A stretch of DNA of 64,000 nt from Candidatus Nanopelagicaceae bacterium (lineage in GTDB: Bacteria; Actinomycetota; Actinomycetes; Nanopelagicales; Nanopelagicaceae): positions 28,696 through 92,695 of the forward strand of contig JANQVH010000015.1 in the NCBI GenBank assembly GCA_030730425.1. Reading direction: 5' to 3'. The number at the start of each line of letters is the position of its first letter. Positions within the stretch are counted from its first letter, which is position 1. This document shows, piece by piece, positions 1 to 9,121 of this stretch. The notes under the pieces are model-generated. The model worked only from the letters and a program-made list of their open reading frames with translations, was not told the origin of the DNA and made no database searches. A program made the translations under genes and the position numbers.

Positions 1-67
1 TTAGCTCAGTTGGTAGAGCAGGTGACTCTTAATCACCGGGTCGTAGGTTCGATCCCTACACAACCCA
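1..67 (+). tRNA. tRNA-Lys(CUU); 5' end truncated by the window edge (about 6 nt of acceptor stem missing)
   Basis: Cloverleaf readable by eye. D arm GCTC-AGTTGGTA-GAGC. Anticodon arm GGTGA-CTCTTAA-TCACC (anticodon CTT). T arm GTAGG-TTCGATC-CCTAC. 3' acceptor ACAACCC plus discriminator A. No encoded CCA. Confidence 0.9.
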
Positions 68-173
68 CTTTGAGCGCGTTTATGCTCTGAAACGAAAGAT
101 CATCTAGCCATCATGCTATTGATTGTTATCTGATAGCGCTTTCTAGAATAAGAGGGATTGGCGACTCTGAAGT

Positions 174-2453
174 TTAAGGCACCTTAAATGTCTTATTAAA
201 TATTCTCTCTCCACCGCTAGTCACTACTACTTTTCTAGTGCCTGGACCAACTTTGTTCTTACCAACTTTTGCTTTACTACCATTTATTGTAACTTTTGCG
301 GAAGCTCCAACCACCGAAACTGTTAGAACTCTTCCCTTTAACTTAACCGATACCGAGGGTTTTACAACGATTGAGGTTGCAACAACGCCAGATGAGAAAT
401 TCTTACTACTTTGCTGGGCTGCTGTGATTATTGCTGTACCACTCTTCTTTCCTACAAGTTCTCCATTAACGAAATCAGCTATATTTGGATTTGAGCTTTT
501 GAAGATAAAGGCTCCATCTGAGTTGGTAACTGGCTTTCTAAAGCTCTCTGTCTTAGAGCCAGCTTTGATCACAAAGGTCTGCCAGGAGAGTTCTGGTGAA
601 CTCTGCGTTACACGAATTGAGAGGGTGGTGATGGTGGGGGCAAAATTCTCATCAGAGCTTTGGCTTGCAAAAATCTTGGTGGTGCCAACCCCAAGGACTG
701 AGAGTTTCCTGCCCTCTATTTTTGCAATCTCTGGATTCTCAATAGAAAAACTCCATTCACCCTTTGAGTTTGAGGTGGGAGGCGTTAAATCTATTGGAGT
801 GGAGTTGTATCGAAGATTGATATCGGTCATTGCCGCGTGAGTTGCGCGAGGTTTTACTGTCAATGTAGTTGTTACCGGCTTTGACGCTCCAAAATTTCCC
901 GAGATGGCTTGAATGGCAGTAATAGTGACTCTACCTACCGCAACAGGAACTAGCTTCTCGTTTTCGATTCGCGCAACGCTGTTATCCGAGGATGCAAATG
1001 ACCATACTCCTGGAGAGTTTGAGGTTGGTGGTTTGATCGCTATTGGCTCATCTCCAATTCCCGCCTCTAGCAATACCCATTGTCCAAGAGTTGGATCAGT
1101 GCCAGAGATAGTTAAGGTAAGTTGACTCTCACCGGCCTCCCAATTCCAATCTGCTGCCTGAGTGCCTTTAATTACTGCCTGTCCCACTCCCTTTAATAAG
1201 ACCTCAGTTCCATCTACCTCTGCAATGGTTGGATCTAAAGATTTAAATGACCATTTACCGCCAGAGCTTGAAGATGGTGGGCTAATGATGAATCTACCCT
1301 CTGAAATATTTTTCGTTACATTCTCCCAAGATCCAATTACAGGATTGGCGCCAGTTACTGTCAATTCCATCGTAACTGGACTTGATGCGCCAAAATCACC
1401 AGCTGCTGCCTGAGTGGCAGTTATTGTGACCGTTCCTTTATTTAGGAGCGTAGCTATACCTCCGTTGACACTTACTATCTGTGAATTGGAAGTAGTAAAA
1501 CTCCAAGCTCCAGCAGAATTTGATATCGGCGCAATCAATGCCAATTGATTCGAGGCAAATGGTTGGAGACTGGCCGTAACGTTTTTGAACTCACCAAGAG
1601 TTGGAGGACCACCCTGCACAATCAATGTCATGGTCTTAGAGAGCGAGCCATAATTTCCAGAAGCAGCCTGGGTTGCAGTTATTGTCGATGTTCCAATTTT
1701 AAGCGGGCGCAGAATATTGCCCGTTATTGTTGCAACGGCGGTATTTGAGGAGGTAAAGGTCCAGGCTCCCAATGAATTTGATGTTGGTGGCACTAAAGCC
1801 ACATTAGCCACCGACCCTAGGATCAAATTTAGGTCTGCAAAAGGCCCTGTTGTTGGAGATCCACCAGTTATTGTGACTGTAGTTGCTCTACTAGTTGCAG
1901 CCCAATTGAAATTTGCACTTTGTATAGCGGTTAATGTCACTGTTCCAATAGCCCTTGGAGTCAAAATACTTCCTGAGATAGAGGCGATTGCAGAGTTTGA
2001 GGTAGTAAAGCTCCAAGTTCCTGCCGAAGTTGATGTAGGTGCGGTAAGAGTAATTGGGGCAGCATCCACTCCTAAGGTAATAGAGGCGAAATTTCCTAGA
2101 GTTGGAATCGCCGGCAGAACTGTAAGCGTTGTGCTAATGCTCTTTGCATCATAAATTCCATTGGCTGCCTGGATTGCAGTTATCGTTGTGGTTCCAACGT
2201 TCTTTATTGTTGCAATGTTTCCCAGGATTTGAGCAGTATTGACGTTTGAAGAGGTATAGCTCCAGGCTCCGAGAGAGTTTGATGTGGGGGGCGCTATTGA
2301 AATCGCCCCTACACCCCAAGTTGCGGAGATAGGTGAGAATGCTCCATGAGTTGGCGCCACCGCAAATGCTGGCGTCTGAAAACCCGAGAGAGCAATTACA
2401 AAGGCAATTAGCGCCCCCAAATAACTCTTTTTTCTTTGAAGCAAAATACTCAT
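174..2453 (-). CDS. Secreted cell-surface protein with eight tandem bacterial Ig-like (Big_2-like) repeats
   Basis: 759-aa ORF. Signal peptide: basic RKK, hydrophobic core, AFA/VAP cleavage-like site. Eight ~85-aa repeats each carry PPTSNSxGxWxFxSSN ... GxxTITAxQAA ... TLTV, matching the Big_2 pattern. No LPXTG motif or C-terminal TM segment seen. Confidence 0.75.
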   Translation of the reverse strand: MSILLQRKKSYLGALIAFVIALSGFQTPAFAVAPTHGAFSPISATWGVGAISIAPPTSNSLGAWSYTSSNVNTAQILGNIATIKNVGTTTITAIQAANGIYDAKSISTTLTVLPAIPTLGNFASITLGVDAAPITLTAPTSTSAGTWSFTTSNSAIASISGSILTPRAIGTVTLTAIQSANFNWAATSRATTVTITGGSPTTGPFADLNLILGSVANVALVPPTSNSLGAWTFTSSNTAVATITGNILRPLKIGTSTITATQAASGNYGSLSKTMTLIVQGGPPTLGEFKNVTASLQPFASNQLALIAPISNSAGAWSFTTSNSQIVSVNGGIATLLNKGTVTITATQAAAGDFGASSPVTMELTVTGANPVIGSWENVTKNISEGRFIISPPSSSSGGKWSFKSLDPTIAEVDGTEVLLKGVGQAVIKGTQAADWNWEAGESQLTLTISGTDPTLGQWVLLEAGIGDEPIAIKPPTSNSPGVWSFASSDNSVARIENEKLVPVAVGRVTITAIQAISGNFGASKPVTTTLTVKPRATHAAMTDINLRYNSTPIDLTPPTSNSKGEWSFSIENPEIAKIEGRKLSVLGVGTTKIFASQSSDENFAPTITTLSIRVTQSSPELSWQTFVIKAGSKTESFRKPVTNSDGAFIFKSSNPNIADFVNGELVGKKSGTAIITAAQQSSKNFSSGVVATSIVVKPSVSVKLKGRVLTVSVVGASAKVTINGSKAKVGKNKVGPGTRKVVVTSGGERIFNKTFKVP

Positions 2454-2814
2454 AGGAATAACCTAAGCCCGTAAACAATATTTTGATTGTTCATTTCTCA
2501 AGTGGCTCAATTTTTTTCACTTAGAGTTGTCTTAAAGAAAGCGCTTGCCTCTCAGAACTCAAAGCGAGAGCCTCTTGACCTGTAACTTCGATCCCCACTG
2601 AGTCCATTTAAGTTTTTCGCATTGGCGCCATCGCCCTTGAATATGAAGACGAAAAATTTACTAACCGCGAATATCTTGAAGAAATCCATACCTGATGATT
2701 CACAAGAAATACTCAGACTTCTATCAGGGAACACGCCCAGGGATTTAGAGACTTTGATTGAGGCCACCTGAAATCTTTGCCTCTTATGCTTTACACCTAG
2801 GACCAAGGGGCGCT

Positions 2815-3705
2815 GTGGACGATCAAATCAAGCCTATATTTTCAGGAGGCGTTGGTAGAAGTGGTACCACAATTATTGGGAGGATACTGCGCAAGCATTC
2901 AAAGGTATTTGTAGGTTCACCCTTTGAAATAAAATTCATTACAGAATCTTATGGATTAATTGACTTGGTCTTTGGGGTTAGAGAATTTCTTCCTACTCAA
3001 ATCTCTCGCAAGGGTTATTGGCTATCAAAATTAAGCTCTCATGACTCGACCAAGATTCGATATTTGAAGTTTAAGAAAAGGATTGAGAATGACTGGTGGA
3101 TCCGTACTAATCGATTAGATCGTGAGAGTGGATTGCATCGAGCTTTGAGCAAAACTACTCTAAATAAGCTGCTTAAAGATCTTGAAGCTAGTCTAGATAC
3201 CCCGCTTGAGGCAGCTAGACAATTTACTTTTGGATACGTTAAGAGCCATCGCAAATGGCAGGGTCAAAGGTATTGGATGGACACATCACCTCCAAACATT
3301 ATGTATTCAGATTACATATATCGCATTTTTCCTGAGGCTAAATTTGTAGAGATGCGAAGAGATCCTTTCGACAATATCGCCTCAGTATTAAAGGAGCCTT
3401 GGGGGCCCAATGACCATAGGAAAGCAATTCTTTGGTGGCGCGACAGAGTTGGCTTGGCAACAAGCGCCCAGAAATCTATCCCGATTGAAAGTTCAATAAC
3501 TTTGGAGTTAGAGGATTTAGTTAAGAATAAGAGAAGTGAGACTTATCAACGACTAATCAACCATATAGGGCTTGAAGACGAAGTTGAAATGCGCCAGTAC
3601 TTTGACTTAGAAGTTACCTTTGAAAGGGCCCACATTGGTAGATGGAGAAGTGATTTTGCTGATCCTGATAAATTTGAAAGTCTCTTTAACCAACTAACAA
3701 AATAG
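2815..3705 (+). CDS. Sulfotransferase family protein (PAPS-dependent type)
   Basis: GRSGTT loop near the N-terminus (5'-phosphosulfate-binding-like). RRDPFDNIAS (3'-phosphate-binding RDPxD..S-like). GTG at 2815 sits 4 nt after an AAGGGG Shine-Dalgarno sequence (SD). The longest ORF starts at TTG 2758. Confidence 0.7.
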   Translation: MDDQIKPIFSGGVGRSGTTIIGRILRKHSKVFVGSPFEIKFITESYGLIDLVFGVREFLPTQISRKGYWLSKLSSHDSTKIRYLKFKKRIENDWWIRTNRLDRESGLHRALSKTTLNKLLKDLEASLDTPLEAARQFTFGYVKSHRKWQGQRYWMDTSPPNIMYSDYIYRIFPEAKFVEMRRDPFDNIASVLKEPWGPNDHRKAILWWRDRVGLATSAQKSIPIESSITLELEDLVKNKRSETYQRLINHIGLEDEVEMRQYFDLEVTFERAHIGRWRSDFADPDKFESLFNQLTK

Positions 3706-3881
3706 TTTTGGTTGATTGACATTTAGGAAGATAAGACCTGGCTTGGTTTAATCTTTCTGGGTATGAGGCGCTCTTAAATGGGTCAGGCGACTATCTAGCA
3801 GGATCAATAGCAGCATAACTCTCAATTTCTCTTCACTATTCCAGAAAAATCAACTTTCTTTCAGATATCCTAAAGCTAGTT

Positions 3882-4361
3882 ATGAAGCGCCTCCTAGGAC
3901 TTACCAGGTATGCAGTAGTTGTTCCTGCCCTTGCCTCAATACTTGGTGCATTGCTTCTTATGGCTCAGGGATCCTTTGCCATGGTCCTAGCTGTAATTGA
4001 TTCAATTCAGAATCAATATGGACTCAAAGAAACAATTGTTGAAGTATTAACAGCTATTGATGCCATATTACTGGGCACAGTACTTCTAGTTATTGGCTAT
4101 GGCCTCTATGAACTATTTATAGATACTGACATTGATGTGCCAATGTGGCTTAGAGTTGAAGATCTTGATGATTTGAAATCCAAACTAATAGGTGTCGTTG
4201 TAGCCATTATCGCCGTGGTCTTTGTAGGTGTATTTGTTGATTCAAATCGAGCTGATGATGTCATTGCCTATGGCGTTGGCGCAGGCGCGCTCGTTACAGG
4301 ACTTGCTCTCTTTGCTTTTGCTACCGGAAAACCGGGAAAGAAGAGTAGAGAGAAGCTTTAA
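3882..4361 (+). CDS. Integral membrane protein, YqhA/UPF0114-like
   Basis: 159 aa with 3-4 hydrophobic segments. The GLYELFI ... P.WL ... LDDLKSKL layout resembles the YqhA family. Assignment is from memory only. Confidence 0.45.
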   Translation: MKRLLGLTRYAVVVPALASILGALLLMAQGSFAMVLAVIDSIQNQYGLKETIVEVLTAIDAILLGTVLLVIGYGLYELFIDTDIDVPMWLRVEDLDDLKSKLIGVVVAIIAVVFVGVFVDSNRADDVIAYGVGAGALVTGLALFAFATGKPGKKSREKL

Positions 4362-4373
4362 AGAGAGGTTTTC

Positions 4374-4790
4374 TTAGAGCGCTCTTGAGCGTTTTGCAAG
4401 GCGCCAGTGCATAAAATAAATAGGTCCAGCAATGATTAAGGTAGTTAGTGAATTAACCATGCTCTTAACTGCTTGGCGTTGATTATTCTCGGTTAAATTC
4501 TCTTTGATTTGATCAGCGCTTAAGGCTGAGTCCTTAGGAACTGAGTAGGGATCAAAGTAACCAGGATCAGGCCAGAGGGCATCAACTATTCCTCGAACAA
4601 CGCTCACCAATGAAAATAGGCAAGTTAGCAGAGTTACTAGACAGACTGCATAAATATAAAGTGAGTACCAACCAATACGATCTTCCCTCTTGGCAACAGG
4701 TTGGCTTTGGGTTAGAACTGGAGAGCTCACCTTTGAAGTGGGGCTCTTTCGTTTAGCAACCTGCTTACTCTTAATAGCTTTACCTGCCAT
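4374..4790 (-). CDS. Hypothetical membrane protein (Lys-rich N-terminus, two hydrophobic segments)
   Basis: 138-aa ORF with no competing ORF. Basic N-terminal tail followed by TM segments. No family recognised. Confidence 0.5.
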   Translation of the reverse strand: MAGKAIKSKQVAKRKSPTSKVSSPVLTQSQPVAKREDRIGWYSLYIYAVCLVTLLTCLFSLVSVVRGIVDALWPDPGYFDPYSVPKDSALSADQIKENLTENNQRQAVKSMVNSLTTLIIAGPIYFMHWRLAKRSRAL

Positions 4791-4854
4791 AGCTTGATTC
4801 TGACCCTAACTGGCAAGGTTTTCAATCAGCCGAGCCGATATTAGACTTGGATAC

Positions 4855-5751
4855 ATGTTGCCGAAAATCATTCTCTATTACGGATTTGCCCCAGTTGCAG
4901 ATCCTGAGGCGCTCAGGCTCTGGCAGAAGACTCTGGCAAACTCTTTAAATCTCAAGGGTCGAATCATCATAAGCCGCCATGGAATAAATGGCACCTTAGG
5001 TGGCGATATGAATGATCTGAAGAAGTATGTAAGAGCAACTAAAGAGTATCCAGGATTTAAAAAGATTGATTTTAAATGGTCAGAGGGCGCTGGAGATGAT
5101 TTCCCAAAGCTGAGTGTGAAGGTGCGAGATGAGTTAGTGACCTTTGGAATTCCTGAAAATCTAGAAGTCAATGAAAAAGGCATCGTTGGAGGAGGAGAAC
5201 ACCTCTCCCCTGAAAAAGTAAATGAGCTAGCTGAGCAATTAGGTGAGGATCTAGTTTTCTTTGATGGCCGTAATGCCTATGAAGCTAAAGTTGGCCACTT
5301 CAAAGATGCAGTTATTCCAGATATTAAATCCACAAAAGACTTTGTAGCAGAGTTAGATAGTGGCAAATATGATTACTTAAAAGAGAAGACAGTGGTCACC
5401 TACTGTACTGGCGGAATTCGCTGTGAGATATTAACGAAAGTAATGAAAGAGCGAGGATTTGATAAGGTTTATCAGATTGCTGGCGGGATAGTGCGCTATG
5501 GAGAAAAATATGCAGATAGTGGTCTCTGGCAAGGTTCGCTATACACCTTTGATAAGCGATTGGTGATTGACTTTTCAGAGTCATCTGAGTTGATTGGCAA
5601 GTGTGATACTTGCAGCAAGCCAACTAAGCAATTTCATAATTGTGCCAATGTTTTTTGCCATAATCTCTTTCTTCTCTGCCAAGAATGTGGCAAGGATAGA
5701 AAGAATTTAGAATGCATCCATGAGGGTGTTGTTACCTCAAGTAATCAGTAA
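4855..5751 (+). CDS. trhO: Rhodanese-domain tRNA U34 hydroxylase TrhO (YceA/UPF0176 family)
   Basis: N-terminus [10 protein letters not shown]....W...L...[13 protein letters not shown]. Rhodanese active-site loop CTGGIRCE. C-terminal Cys cluster. Confidence 0.8.
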   Translation: MLPKIILYYGFAPVADPEALRLWQKTLANSLNLKGRIIISRHGINGTLGGDMNDLKKYVRATKEYPGFKKIDFKWSEGAGDDFPKLSVKVRDELVTFGIPENLEVNEKGIVGGGEHLSPEKVNELAEQLGEDLVFFDGRNAYEAKVGHFKDAVIPDIKSTKDFVAELDSGKYDYLKEKTVVTYCTGGIRCEILTKVMKERGFDKVYQIAGGIVRYGEKYADSGLWQGSLYTFDKRLVIDFSESSELIGKCDTCSKPTKQFHNCANVFCHNLFLLCQECGKDRKNLECIHEGVVTSSNQ

Positions 5752-5801
5752 GGACACTCCCACTCCTTGAGCAAATCGCTTTAGGCTGATTAGATAGCGC
5801 A

Positions 5802-7157
5802 ATGGCCGAGTTCATCCCCAATCCCGCTAGAGGTAAAGAGGTCTACGACCTTGATAGAAAGTATGTATTTCACTCCTGGTCTGCTCAGGGTCAAATCACA
5901 CCACTTCCAATAGCAGGCGGTAGCGGCTCATATTTCTGGGATTTTGATGGAAAGAAGTATCTAGATTTTTCTTGCCAACTAGTTTTTACCAATATTGGAT
6001 TTCAACATCCAAAAGTTATTGATGCAATAAAAAAACAAGCAGACCTTCTAACAACTATTGCTCCACAAGCAGCAAATGAGGCGCGCGGAGAAGCCGCCTC
6101 CAGAATAGTCGGTCTTGCTAGTCCAAATCATGAAAAAGTTTTCTTTACCAATGGCGGGGCAGATGGCGTAGAAAATGCGATCAGAATGGCTCGCATTCAT
6201 ACATCACGCCATAAAATTCTCTCTTTCTATCGCTCCTATCACGGCAACACCACCTCTGCTATTTCAGCAACAGGAGATCCAAGAAGATGGCCAAATGAAT
6301 TTGGCTATGGCCATGTTCACTTCTTTGGACCATACCTTTATCGAAGTGCTTTTTGGGCAAAGAGTGAAGAGGAAGAGTGTCAAAGAGCGCTCGAGCATCT
6401 AGAGAGCGTTATTGAATTTGAAGGACCAAAGACAATTGCAGCTATCTTGATTGAATCTGTTGTCGGCACTGCTGGAGTCTTGATTCCACCAAAGGGATAT
6501 CTAGAAGGAGTAAGGCGCCTCTGTGATAAGTATGGAATTTTATGGATAGCAGATGAAGTTATGTCAGGATTTGGAAGGACTGGGAAGTGGTTTGCCTACC
6601 AACATTCAACTGCTCATCCAGATTTAATCGTCTTTGCCAAGGGAGTAAATTCAGGATATGTCCCACTTGGTGGGGTTGTAATCTCAAAAGAAATTGCAGA
6701 GACCTTTAAAGATCGAGTATTTCCCGGCGGCCTCACCTACTCCGGCCATCCCCTAGCTTGCGCAGCAGCAGTTGCAACTATTGATGCCATGAAAGCTGAA
6801 AAAATCGTTGAAGCTGCAGCCCATATTGGTGAGAAAGTTATAGGCCCAGCTCTGCGTGGTTTAGCTAGCAAACATCGCGTAATTGGCGAGGTTAGAGGCC
6901 TTGGAACCTTCTGGGCTCTTGATTTGGTGACAGATCGGGCAAGCAGAGAGCCACTTGCTCCTTATGGCGGATCATCTCCTGCGATGAATGAGCTAGTGGG
7001 TGAATGCAAAAAACTTGGTTTGATGCCTTTTACCAACTTTAATCGTATGCATGTAGTGCCACCTTGCAATATCACTGAGGCGGAATTTAACGAAGGACTA
7101 GCAATATTAGATAAAGCATTTGCTCAAATTGATAAGTATTACACGGGGGCAAAATAG
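5802..7157 (+). CDS. Class III (omega) aminotransferase, beta-alanine/omega-amino acid:pyruvate type
   Basis: 451 aa. Shows ADEVMSGFGRTGKWFA (PLP-lysine region) and SYHG, both typical of the aspartate aminotransferase fold type I class III. Confidence 0.8.
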   Translation: MAEFIPNPARGKEVYDLDRKYVFHSWSAQGQITPLPIAGGSGSYFWDFDGKKYLDFSCQLVFTNIGFQHPKVIDAIKKQADLLTTIAPQAANEARGEAASRIVGLASPNHEKVFFTNGGADGVENAIRMARIHTSRHKILSFYRSYHGNTTSAISATGDPRRWPNEFGYGHVHFFGPYLYRSAFWAKSEEEECQRALEHLESVIEFEGPKTIAAILIESVVGTAGVLIPPKGYLEGVRRLCDKYGILWIADEVMSGFGRTGKWFAYQHSTAHPDLIVFAKGVNSGYVPLGGVVISKEIAETFKDRVFPGGLTYSGHPLACAAAVATIDAMKAEKIVEAAAHIGEKVIGPALRGLASKHRVIGEVRGLGTFWALDLVTDRASREPLAPYGGSSPAMNELVGECKKLGLMPFTNFNRMHVVPPCNITEAEFNEGLAILDKAFAQIDKYYTGAK

Positions 7158-7159
7158 AG

Positions 7160-8659
7160 ATGGGTGAAGTAAGAAGAATTACCCATCACATAAATGGGGC
7201 CTATTGGAAAGAGGGCTCTGCAAGAAGTGGTGATGTCTACAACCCCGCAACAGGAAAAGTTACTGCACAGGTTGATTTTGCCTCCCCAGAACTAATTGAT
7301 CATGGCGTCAAAGTTGCTAAGAAGGCTCAAGAGCAATGGGCTCAAGCATCTCTTGCTAAGAGAGTTCAAGTTCTTTTCGCCTTTAGAGAAATCTTAAATG
7401 CTAGAAAAGAAGAGGTAGCAAAGTTAATTACTGCTGAGCATGGAAAAGTCTTATCAGATGCATTGGGTGAGGTAACTAGGGGACTTGAAGTGGTGGAGTT
7501 TGCCTGTGGTATCCCCCATCTATTAAAGGGTGCATACTCTGAAGGAGCTTCAACAAATATTGATGTCTATTCAATTCGCCAGCCACTTGGAGTTTGCGCC
7601 ATCATCTCGCCCTTTAATTTTCCAGCCATGGTACCTATGTGGTTCTTTCCCATCGCTATCGCTGCAGGTAATGCAGTAATTATTAAGCCAAGTGAGAAAG
7701 ATCCATCTACTATCAATCTCATAGCTGAATTCTGGAAAGAGGCAGGTCTTCCTGATGGCGTCTTTAATGTTATCCATGGCGATAAAGTTGCAGTAGATAG
7801 CCTGCTATCTCATCCTGATGTGGCTTCAATTTCTTTTGTGGGATCAACTCCTATTGCTCGATATATCTATGAAAATGGCACCAAAAATGGCAAGCGAGTT
7901 CAGGCTCTCGGCGGGGCAAAAAATCATATGTTGGTCCTTCCTGATGCAGATCTTGATCTAGCAGCAGATGCAGCAGTAAATGCTGGATTTGGCTCAGCTG
8001 GTGAGCGTTGTATGGCGATCTCAGCTCTAGTTGTTGTTGAACCAGTAGCTGATGAGCTAATTAAGAAAATTTCAGAGCGCATGACAAACCTAAAAACAGG
8101 AGATGGCAGCGCAGGTTCAGATATGGGCCCCCTTGTTACCGCCGTTCATCGCGACAAAGTTGCCTCCTACATCGATGCAGGAGTAAGCGCTGGAGCAAAG
8201 TTAGTTGTTGATGGTCGTAATCCAAAAGTTAATGGAGCAGCAGAGGGTTTTTGGCTCGGACCAACTCTCTTTGATCAAGTAACACCTGAGATGAGTATTT
8301 ATAAGGATGAGATCTTTGGGCCAGTTCTCTCAGTAATTCGAGTATCAACTTATGACCAGGGCCTTGAGTTAATAAATAAGCATCAGTATGGCAATGGCAC
8401 TGCAATCTTTACCAACGATGGTGGAGCAGCTAGAAGATTCCAAAATGAAGTTCAGGTTGGAATGATTGGAATTAATGTACCAATCCCTGTGCCAACTGCT
8501 TATTACTCATTTGGCGGCTGGAAGAACTCACTCTTTGGAGATACCCATGCTCATGGAAGTGAAGGTGTTCACTTCTTTACTAGAGGCAAGGTAGTTACTA
8601 GCCGCTGGCTTGATCCAAGCCATGGCGGGATAAATCTAGGATTTCCTCAGAACGGGTAA
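7160..8659 (+). CDS. mmsA: CoA-acylating methylmalonate/malonate-semialdehyde dehydrogenase
   Basis: 499 aa ALDH-superfamily protein. Catalytic region GERCMAIS and an overall MmsA-like N-terminus (HxINGxW). Starts 3 nt after the aminotransferase stop. Confidence 0.85.
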   Translation: MGEVRRITHHINGAYWKEGSARSGDVYNPATGKVTAQVDFASPELIDHGVKVAKKAQEQWAQASLAKRVQVLFAFREILNARKEEVAKLITAEHGKVLSDALGEVTRGLEVVEFACGIPHLLKGAYSEGASTNIDVYSIRQPLGVCAIISPFNFPAMVPMWFFPIAIAAGNAVIIKPSEKDPSTINLIAEFWKEAGLPDGVFNVIHGDKVAVDSLLSHPDVASISFVGSTPIARYIYENGTKNGKRVQALGGAKNHMLVLPDADLDLAADAAVNAGFGSAGERCMAISALVVVEPVADELIKKISERMTNLKTGDGSAGSDMGPLVTAVHRDKVASYIDAGVSAGAKLVVDGRNPKVNGAAEGFWLGPTLFDQVTPEMSIYKDEIFGPVLSVIRVSTYDQGLELINKHQYGNGTAIFTNDGGAARRFQNEVQVGMIGINVPIPVPTAYYSFGGWKNSLFGDTHAHGSEGVHFFTRGKVVTSRWLDPSHGGINLGFPQNG

Positions 8660-9121
8660 ATCTCTCTTAACTCTCAAGAGCTCAAGTGCTGCAACTGTTG
8701 AGTCAAAGCCTTTATCTTCCTTACTTCCACTTGCGCCACTTCTAGCAATTGCTTGATCTACGGTATCTACCGTCAAAACTCCAAAGCCAATTGGCTTCGA
8801 TCTTGTAAGAGATACTTGCATAACTCCTTGAGTTACTCCCTGACAGACATAATCAAAGTGAGGAGTCTCCCCCCTTAATACCACTCCAAGAACAACTGCA
8901 GCATCAAAGCCGCTATCAAGTGATAGCTGGGCAGCTAGTGGTAATTCAAATGATCCTGGGACGAAAATAACTGGCTCTGGCTCAATTTTCGCCTCTAGAA
9001 GAGCTCTTCTAGCTCCTGCGATTAAATCAGCACAGATCTGCTCATGCCAACTAGCAGAGATAATCGCTACTCGAAATTGGCTCAAGTTACCAAGTGATAT
9101 TTTTGGAACTACACCTGACAT
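8636..9121 (-). CDS. ribH: 6,7-dimethyl-8-ribityllumazine synthase
   Basis: 161 aa with a VPGSFELP motif. It is the last gene of the rib operon. The start overlaps the ribBA stop at 9121. Confidence 0.9.
   Translation of the reverse strand: MSGVVPKISLGNLSQFRVAIISASWHEQICADLIAGARRALLEAKIEPEPVIFVPGSFELPLAAQLSLDSGFDAAVVLGVVLRGETPHFDYVCQGVTQGVMQVSLTRSKPIGFGVLTVDTVDQAIARSGASGSKEDKGFDSTVAALELLRVKRDLPVLRKS

Noticed and set aside
238-2154. Several long plus-strand ORFs (200, 70, 83, 67 and 145 aa) lie antisense to the repeat-protein gene. They show a recurring EFEVGG-like motif.
   Set aside because: The recurring motif is simply the reverse-complement reading of the repeated PPTSNSxG sense motif. 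The ORFs have no SD or independent features, and the sense frame has a signal peptide and a coherent domain structure.
2587-2595. TTCGATCCC is identical to the T-arm of tRNA-Lys (48-56), in the same orientation, just beyond the repeat-protein gene. This could be an att-site remnant delimiting an islet.
   Set aside because: A given 9-mer is expected about 0.5 times by chance in 64 kb (both strands). The flanks match only about 18 of 30 positions, and there is no integrase or other mobility gene. The match is suggestive at best.
2552-2806. 84-aa minus-strand ORF in the divergent intergenic region.
   Set aside because: No SD, low-complexity or odd composition, no recognisable family, and it overlaps the sulfotransferase start region. 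Most likely non-coding promoter DNA.
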